A stretch of DNA of 64,000 bases from sequence record DRR723986_5625. The stretch is one strand, 5' to 3'. Positions within the stretch are counted from its first letter, which is position 1; each line of letters begins with the position of its first letter. The notes under the pieces were generated by a model that worked only from the letters and a program-made list of their open reading frames with translations, was not told the DNA's origin and did no database searches. Below, one piece after another: positions 57,713 to 64,000 of the stretch. A program made the position numbers and the translations under genes.

Positions 57713-58584
57713 TGCTGGCCCCCGAGCTTCTGTCGCAGCCGCAGGCCTACATCGAATCCAGCCCGGATGAAGCGCCGGAGCGTCTGCGTGAGCGCTTCCA
57801 GGAGCAGGGCTACCTGCTGCTGAAGCGTGCGGTAGCGGCTACCGACTGCCAGGCGCTGCTTGAGCAAATCGTCGCCGAGTTGCATCCCCACGTGCAGTTT
57901 GCTCCGGGCACCACCCGACCGGTGCTCTGCGGAGAGCCGTTTTTCGAGTCGGATGCGGTGTGGGACGAGTTGTATCCCCGGGTACAGGCACTGGAGGGTT
58001 TTCACTGGTTCTTTCACAGTCCCCGCTTGCTGGAGCTGATGTCCCTGGTCGTGGGCGAGGACGTATTCGTTTACCCGATGAAGATGGCGCGCATCGCTAC
58101 GCCGCGCAAGATTGGCTTTGAGACACCGCCGCACCAGGATGCCTACTCGCACCATGCCGGGCCTACCATGGCGGGCATCTGGGTTGCCCTGCACGACGTC
58201 GATGACTCCATGGGCCGGGTAACGGTGCTGGCGGGCTCGCACAAGGGCGGGGTCCGCCGGGTGTTCGAGGCTGAGGGCGTGGGCGGCATCCAGTGCGAGG
58301 TGGGCGACGATGAAACCGGCTGGCACGTATCAGACTTCGAACAGGGCGATGTACTGATTTTTCACTCCGCAACGGTGCACAAGGCGGAACCGAACACAGC
58401 CGTCGACAGGGCGCGTATCAGCGTCGATACCCGGTTCTGCGATTACGGCGCGCCGGTGTTTTCGACCAACCTGGATCCGCATCACGGCTGGCGCATTCCC
58501 GGACTTGATTGGGACGCCATCTATCGCGGCTGGCACCATCCTGAGCTGCAGTATTACTGGCGGGATTACCCGAACCTGTTCTGA
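57712..58584 (+). CDS. Phytanoyl-CoA dioxygenase (PhyH) family Fe(II)/2OG dioxygenase
   Basis: F.EQGY, TPPHQD (HxD), WVAL, GSHK, GDVLIFHS.TVH and RISVDTR; TGATG overlap with the upstream gene. Confidence 0.88.
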   Translation: MLAPELLSQPQAYIESSPDEAPERLRERFQEQGYLLLKRAVAATDCQALLEQIVAELHPHVQFAPGTTRPVLCGEPFFESDAVWDELYPRVQALEGFHWFFHSPRLLELMSLVVGEDVFVYPMKMARIATPRKIGFETPPHQDAYSHHAGPTMAGIWVALHDVDDSMGRVTVLAGSHKGGVRRVFEAEGVGGIQCEVGDDETGWHVSDFEQGDVLIFHSATVHKAEPNTAVDRARISVDTRFCDYGAPVFSTNLDPHHGWRIPGLDWDAIYRGWHHPELQYYWRDYPNLF

Positions 58585-58595
58585 GCGCGCGGCGT

Positions 58596-59645
58596 TCAGC
58601 TCGCCGCGAGCGCCTCGCCCAGTTGCGAGAACAGCACGCGCTCGCTGTCACAGACTTCATCGACCCGGACGAACAGCTCGCGCCATGCTTCGGCGTCGCC
58701 GGTATTGCCTGCCAGCGCCTGGAGGCCTGGCGACAGGGCGTTCCACTGGCTAGCCAGCTCATGTCCCCGGGTGACGGTTTGCGCGCTGACCAGGTCGGGG
58801 CGCTGCTCGCTGGACCACTGCAGGAAGTTCGCGAAGTGGTTGCGGAAAAAACCGCCGCCGGTGCCGAACTTGACGATCGCGTTGTCGAAGTAGCTTAGAT
58901 ACGGGGCTGGGTCGTCGAGGGTGGGCCAGGCCTGCAGGGCGTCGCGGAACAGGTACAAGCCTTCCAGGCCCGCGGCGCAGACCGGAGAGTTGCCGGAGAA
59001 GGCCGCCATCAGCTCCGCCTGCGACAGGTCCATGCCGAGCATGCGTCGGGTGGTGATGCCCAGGGCGATACCGCAGGCTTCCGGCAGTGAATGACGTACC
59101 TGCCCGGAGTGGAATTTGCCCCAGAGGTTATAGGTGCTCAGGGCATTATCCGGATTGCGACTCTGGTGCACTGCTCCGAGACTGCAGGTTTCCGGGTAGG
59201 GATTGATGCGGTCCGCAATATAGGCCTCACCCCGGTCCTCATCGAATCCCAGCAGGATGAAGCGGTGGGCAGGGAAGTGCACCTTGTATTCCCGGTAATC
59301 GAGATAGTAGATGTCCCCGGACAGCATGGTGGGCCTGCCGGCGGCAATCTCCGCCTTGACCTCCTCCCAGGCCAGGGCGTTGTCAGGCTGGACCTGCTCG
59401 GTGTAATCGATGCCCAGGGTCGTGGCGAGGTCCGCCTCCATGGTGGATCCCCGGCCGAAGAGCATATAGGGCGGTTCACTGCCCGCGTAGGTAAAGTACA
59501 CGCTGTCCAGCCCGGCACCGAGCCCGAACACCACGCCTTCCTCCAGTTCCAGCTTGCAGTAGTGGCGCAGCAGGTTACGCATCGCACCGCTGCCGCAATG
59601 TCCCGCGGGGTCAATGCGAAAGTTCTCAATCATCGCCGCTGTCAC
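58596..59645 (-). CDS. BtrH N-terminal / DUF4872 domain protein (papain-like fold)
   Basis: GHCGSGAMRNLL, E..VFGLG.GL, DIYYLDY, HF..H...L.GFD, ADR and GTGGGFFR. Confidence 0.75.
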   Translation of the reverse strand: MTAAMIENFRIDPAGHCGSGAMRNLLRHYCKLELEEGVVFGLGAGLDSVYFTYAGSEPPYMLFGRGSTMEADLATTLGIDYTEQVQPDNALAWEEVKAEIAAGRPTMLSGDIYYLDYREYKVHFPAHRFILLGFDEDRGEAYIADRINPYPETCSLGAVHQSRNPDNALSTYNLWGKFHSGQVRHSLPEACGIALGITTRRMLGMDLSQAELMAAFSGNSPVCAAGLEGLYLFRDALQAWPTLDDPAPYLSYFDNAIVKFGTGGGFFRNHFANFLQWSSEQRPDLVSAQTVTRGHELASQWNALSPGLQALAGNTGDAEAWRELFVRVDEVCDSERVLFSQLGEALAAS

Positions 59646-59725
59646 AGCCGTTCCTCCTGAAGCCCGTCACCCTTGGTGCGCCCGGGCAGTCTAGCATTGC
59701 TTGCGGCGCCAGTTGCCGCTCGACC

Positions 59726-60487
59726 TCAGACGCCCAGGGTATAACCCCCGTCGACTACCAGCGTCTGCCCGGTGATGAACGCCGCCTGTTCGCTGCACAG
59801 GAACAGCACGGCGCCGGCGATATCTTCCGGTGTGCCCCAGCGCTGCAACGGCGTGCGCTGGAGGATGGGCTCGTTCATTTCAGGTATGTCCTGCATGGCG
59901 GCGGTCATACGGGTGAGAGTGAGCCCGGCCGCCACGTTATTGGCCCGGATGCCGTGGCGGGCCCAGCTGAGTCCCAGGGTTTTCGCCAGCTGTGCCAGCG
60001 CCGCTTTGGCTGCGCCATACCCGGGCACCATTTCGTTGGCAAAAAAAGAGGTCAGGGATGCGATGCCTACCACGCAGGCGCCGCCGGGCAGGGAACTGGC
60101 CTGCAGGTGCTCAAGACAGGCGTGACTCATACGGTAGGCCGAGAGCAGGTTGACCTCGACTGCCGCCGCAAACCCTTCCGGGTCCCATTCGTCGCCCGCG
60201 GGCATGCTGGCACCGGCGTTATTGATGAGGATGTCGAGTCGGTCCAGGGAAGCGCCCAACGCTTTGATCGCGTCGGCATCCCGCACCTGCAGGGGGCGAT
60301 AGTGGAGACCGCTGAGATCGATGTCAGGGTAGTGCTCCGGGCCTGCCCGGGTACCGGTCACGGTCACCGTGGCGCCGGCGCTTGCGAACTGCCGGGCGAT
60401 CCCGTGACCGATCCCGCTGGTACCACCGGTTACCAAAACATGGGCGCCGGCAAAGTCGAAGCGGCTGGTATTGTGCATTCTCGTCAC
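59726..60487 (-). CDS. Short-chain dehydrogenase/reductase
   Basis: TGGTSGIG, NNAG, YGAAK, RTPLQRWG.PED and VDGG. Confidence 0.92.
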   Translation of the reverse strand: MTRMHNTSRFDFAGAHVLVTGGTSGIGHGIARQFASAGATVTVTGTRAGPEHYPDIDLSGLHYRPLQVRDADAIKALGASLDRLDILINNAGASMPAGDEWDPEGFAAAVEVNLLSAYRMSHACLEHLQASSLPGGACVVGIASLTSFFANEMVPGYGAAKAALAQLAKTLGLSWARHGIRANNVAAGLTLTRMTAAMQDIPEMNEPILQRTPLQRWGTPEDIAGAVLFLCSEQAAFITGQTLVVDGGYTLGV

Positions 60488-60494
60488 CTGTTAT

Positions 60495-61760
60495 TCAGGG
60501 TTTGCCCGCAATTTCCGGGAAAGCCTCAAAGTAGAAATCAAATCGCTCGCGGATGCTCTCGGGCGACACGTCGAACTGGCCCTGCAGATCGTAGACTACC
60601 CGGCCGTAGTCGTCCCGGTGCTGCTCGGAAAACTGGCGTAGCTCTGTCTCGGTAGCCGGACCGAGCTCGAGATCAGCAAGCCGGTAGATGCTGGCTACCG
60701 CCGCCAGATCGTCACCGATCAGGGAATGAAACGGCAGGTCGATACTCTGGTCCGCCGGCAGGCAGTGGCGATCACGCACACAGGCCCGCAGTAAATGCTC
60801 TACCCGGTCCGTCCAGTAGGCCAGTAGTTCCTGCAAGCCTACCTGGCGCCGGTTCATGCGCTGCCCGTAGGCCAGCATGGTGATCGCTGACTGGATCACC
60901 GCTACCGGGTCACGGTGGGTGACCACGAAAGTGGCATCGGGGAAGGTGTCGCGCAGCACGGGTAACTGCTCCAGGTGTTGGGGGCATTTCAATACCCAGC
61001 GTCGGGGACGGTCAGCGTCCCGCTGTTGCCACAGCAACAGCCGCAGTACGTCTTTCATATATGCGTACTGGTCGTGCTGGTCTTCGGCATAGTAGTGGTC
61101 GCGCCAGCGAGGCGAGGGAGCCAGCCACTCGTAATTATAGGAACCGAAGTTGGGCCCCATGAGTTCCAGCTCTTCGTGGATATGGTCCGGGTTCATGGGG
61201 TGCATGGCGGCGAGATGCGGGGTCATCGCCTGCATCGTGCTCCAGGCGTCGGCGCAGCGCTGGTAACGGGGGTCGGTGCCGGATTCGTCCACCTGCTCCC
61301 CGGGCATGGGTACCGGTTCGTAGGATTCCCACAGCGGCAGGGCGCGCAGTCGTGAGTCCGCTGCCATCAGGTTCAACAGGTGGGTAGTGCCGGAGCGTGG
61401 TAGCCCCGCCACGATGATCGGTCGCTCGATCTGAATCTCGCGAATCTCCGGATGCAGTTTGAACTGCTGCTGAATCAACAGTCGGCTGCAGGCATGCTGG
61501 AGCAACTTGTTGCGCAGGCTCAGGCGACCGATACCGGTGAGCCCGGTATCGGCGTTCCACTCAGTGCACAGCAGGTCAAGTCGGGTGATGAAGTCCCGCT
61601 CCCCCCAATCCGACAGGCCGGTAGTCCGCTCCGCCTCAGCCATGATGCTGGCACGCTGCAGCTCAATGTCCAGGGTCTCGCCGTAGTCCAGGGCGGCGCG
61701 CTGGGTCTCGCTGTACACCGGCTGTGCGAGGTCGTCGATGATGATGTCGGCCAGGGCCAT
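60495..61760 (-). CDS. PAPS-dependent sulfotransferase family protein
   Basis: 5'-PSB GLPRSGTT, WVLKCPQH and 3'-PB THRDP...S. Confidence 0.88.
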   Translation of the reverse strand: MALADIIIDDLAQPVYSETQRAALDYGETLDIELQRASIMAEAERTTGLSDWGERDFITRLDLLCTEWNADTGLTGIGRLSLRNKLLQHACSRLLIQQQFKLHPEIREIQIERPIIVAGLPRSGTTHLLNLMAADSRLRALPLWESYEPVPMPGEQVDESGTDPRYQRCADAWSTMQAMTPHLAAMHPMNPDHIHEELELMGPNFGSYNYEWLAPSPRWRDHYYAEDQHDQYAYMKDVLRLLLWQQRDADRPRRWVLKCPQHLEQLPVLRDTFPDATFVVTHRDPVAVIQSAITMLAYGQRMNRRQVGLQELLAYWTDRVEHLLRACVRDRHCLPADQSIDLPFHSLIGDDLAAVASIYRLADLELGPATETELRQFSEQHRDDYGRVVYDLQGQFDVSPESIRERFDFYFEAFPEIAGKP

Positions 61761-61776
61761 CGTAAACTCCCTTCGC

Positions 61777-63054
61777 TCAGCTGATCGACAGGGGGAGGGT
61801 CTCCCCGTCGCGTAGCAGTTTCACCTGGTTTTCCAGCCAGCCGCTGAGCCAGAAATTGTCGCTGCGCTGCAATAGCTGCTCGTGCACGCTGATAGCCAGC
61901 GCCCGGGCCTCGGCTTGATCCGGCGTCGTATCCAGCACCAGGTCGAGCAAGTGCAGGGCCTGCTCACAGGCGCCGGCATCGGCATGCTGGCGGGCGCGTT
62001 CGAGCAGGGCATCAGTGCCGGCAAGCTCCACGAGGTCGGCGTGAACGCTGCGCTGTGGCACGCTGTAAAGTTCGGTGGTGGACTGGTGATGAAACCAGCC
62101 GGCGTAGTACTCCCAGATCGAGCGAACGCCCCAGGATACCTTGCCGTAGCCCTCGCCGACGGCCAGGTGTGGCGGCAGGTCGATAGTCTGCATCAGCTCG
62201 TGCAGGTCGTCGCCCCGGTTCATTCCTGCGACGGTGGCATCGTGCACATGCATGATCGCGCCGTGCAGGGCAGTCAGTTCCTCTTCGATCAGCGCTTGCC
62301 CTTCAATGGGGGCGTGATGACCGTAGAGGATGGTCGTCGGTTGTAGATCCCGAACCCGCTGCACCGCGTCCGCGCAGACCAGGGCGTCACGATAGCGGTC
62401 GCCGCGAACGGTAGACAGGTTGGGGAAGTGGCCGAACGGGCAGCCGAACAGGTTCCCGGTGAGGCAGATACGGTGCTGCGGTAACCAGATGATCAGGGAG
62501 TCGTTGGTTTCCGCGCCGGGGACCGCAATCAGTTCCAATTCCAGCCCGCCGAGGGACAGGCTGTGCCGGTCGCTGAAAGTCAGGTCGGGCGATGGCGTGT
62601 CCTGGGAGTTGATGTCGCTATAACCCTGCTCTGCGTAATAGGCGAAATCCCGGGCGAAGGCGTCGGTGAAGCGGAAGGCGGAGCGACGTGCGCGGAAGCT
62701 GGCGAGCCTGGCATCATAGGCCTGGTGTTCAGCGTTGCCGGCCTGAGCGATGTAGCGCAGGCCGGGGTTGCGATCGCGGAAATATTGCACGCCGCCGACG
62801 TGATCCACGTGCCCCTGGGTTGTGACCAGGTAGCGGATGCAATCGCTGGCGCTGGACAAGGCCTGGTAGTTGCTGAAATGCACCGGGGCCTCGAAGCCCA
62901 TGCCGCTGTTAACCAGGATATTGCCCTCGTCGGTTTCCAGCAGATAGGTGTTGGAGCAGCCTTCCGACATCACGATAAAGTCGTTCAGTCGTTCGCCGCC
63001 AAAGCGCGCCGCCGCGGGCGCGACGGGACGGGATGTGTAAAGCGGAGTGCGCAT
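61777..63054 (-). CDS. MBL-fold hydrolase with alkyl sulfatase dimerisation domain
   Basis: QGHVDH..G, PG.ET.D, FPNL.T.RG.RYRD, GHH, YGKVSW.VRSIW..YAGWF. Start at ATG 63054. Confidence 0.82.
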   Translation of the reverse strand: MRTPLYTSRPVAPAAARFGGERLNDFIVMSEGCSNTYLLETDEGNILVNSGMGFEAPVHFSNYQALSSASDCIRYLVTTQGHVDHVGGVQYFRDRNPGLRYIAQAGNAEHQAYDARLASFRARRSAFRFTDAFARDFAYYAEQGYSDINSQDTPSPDLTFSDRHSLSLGGLELELIAVPGAETNDSLIIWLPQHRICLTGNLFGCPFGHFPNLSTVRGDRYRDALVCADAVQRVRDLQPTTILYGHHAPIEGQALIEEELTALHGAIMHVHDATVAGMNRGDDLHELMQTIDLPPHLAVGEGYGKVSWGVRSIWEYYAGWFHHQSTTELYSVPQRSVHADLVELAGTDALLERARQHADAGACEQALHLLDLVLDTTPDQAEARALAISVHEQLLQRSDNFWLSGWLENQVKLLRDGETLPLSIS

Positions 63055-63172
63055 CGATCGATCTCCCAGGGTAAAAACGGCTGCGGGCCTGCGTGTGCTC
63101 CGGCTCGCGTCCACTGCCACTGTCTGCCGGCATGATAAGCTGCCAGCCTGAATGAGGCTCAGGTTACTGTTA

Positions 63173-64000
63173 ATGGCGTTTTCGGCCAAATTCCACGGTG
63201 CTGCGACCGTGCCAAAGCTGCTGGCAGTGCTGCTGCTGTTCCTGTTGTCGGTTGTGGTGTTGCTGATCCTGCGCAGCCAGCCAGCGGCGGTTGATCGCCA
63301 GGCCCTGCTGGCCGCTGCGGCGGACTTCGACGTGCGCATCTACCGCGATGACTTTGGTGTGCCCCACGTCTATGGGCAAACTGATGCCGACACAGCGTTT
63401 GGCCTGGCTTATGCGCATGCCGAGGACGATTTCCTCACCATCCAGGAAGTGCTGTTGGCTACCCGCGGTTCGCTGGCGGCGGTGAAAGGCGCTGCCGCGG
63501 CGAAAACAGATTACCTGGTGGGCCTGATGGGGGTGTGGGATGCGGTCAACGCCGGCTATGACAGTTTGCTGTCGCAGCACAGCCGCGATGTGGCAGAGGC
63601 CTACGCCCAGGGATTGAACGTTTATGCCGCGCAGCATCCGGAAGCGACCCTGCCCTATGTCCTGCCGGTGACCGGGAAAGACATTGTCGCCGGTTTCACC
63701 TTCAAGACGCCTTTGTTCTATGGCTTCGACGAGATTATCGGCGAACTGTTTGCCGGCGATGGGGGGCGCGGGCTGGCGCGCCAGGGAGAGCAGGCCCTGC
63801 TGTTCAGTCGCGAGCCACAGCCGGAAATCGGCAGTCAGGGCGTTGCGGTAGCCCCCGGGCGGTCGGCAGATGGTATGACCCGGCTGCTGGTCAATTCACA
63901 CCAGCCGCTGACCGGGCCGGTGGCCTGGTATGAGGCCCGACTGCACTCCGGGGAGGGTTGGGATATGGTTGGCGGCACCTTCCCTGGCAGTCCGCTGATT
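63173..64000 (+). CDS. Penicillin acylase (Ntn hydrolase, S45) family protein, 3'-truncated by the window edge
   Basis: Absent from the ORF track because it has no stop in the window. My translation gives an N-terminal TM, IYRDDFGVPHVYG, FGLAYAHAEDDF, EIGSQGVAVAPGRS, LLVNSHQP and WYEARL. Confidence 0.88.
   Translation, partial: MAFSAKFHGAATVPKLLAVLLLFLLSVVVLLILRSQPAAVDRQALLAAAADFDVRIYRDDFGVPHVYGQTDADTAFGLAYAHAEDDFLTIQEVLLATRGSLAAVKGAAAAKTDYLVGLMGVWDAVNAGYDSLLSQHSRDVAEAYAQGLNVYAAQHPEATLPYVLPVTGKDIVAGFTFKTPLFYGFDEIIGELFAGDGGRGLARQGEQALLFSREPQPEIGSQGVAVAPGRSADGMTRLLVNSHQPLTGPVAWYEARLHSGEGWDMVGGTFPGSPLI

Overview
GC-rich (roughly 60-65% by eye) chromosomal window from a Gammaproteobacterium. Gene content resembles marine Cellvibrionales/Halieaceae, but that is inference only. 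I found no rRNA, tRNA, CRISPR array, integrase or transposase. Contents in order: partial pepN; a GT4 glycosyltransferase; a MoxR-DUF58-DUF4381-BatA/B/D operon; large NAD-glutamate dehydrogenase; rmf; glcDEF; a Rieske oxygenase-DUF2855-kappa-GST-GST-SDR cluster; a divergent phosphate-starvation island with clear Pho boxes (SutA-like small protein-olsF-plcP leftward, TonB-dependent receptor plus an internally duplicated acidic lipoprotein rightward); GST; a glutaminase with a signal peptide; an unusual three-gene unit (PIMT-like methyltransferase fused to a PilB/GspE ATPase, a YehL-type AAA+ ATPase, a VIT1-like membrane protein) behind an FNR/ANR-like box; CYP153; Na/Pi cotransporter; propionyl-CoA synthetase; mhpF/mhpE; a Pho-box-led small secreted protein; an HsaA-like monooxygenase; sppA-arsC-acr3; an alkylsulfatase-sulfotransferase-SDR-BtrH-like cluster; and a partial penicillin-acylase-family gene. 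The best candidates for undescribed biology are the PIMT-PilB/GspE fusion unit (37052-40993) and the SutA-like gene leading the Pho lipid-remodelling operon. All product calls come from motif recognition, not database searches.
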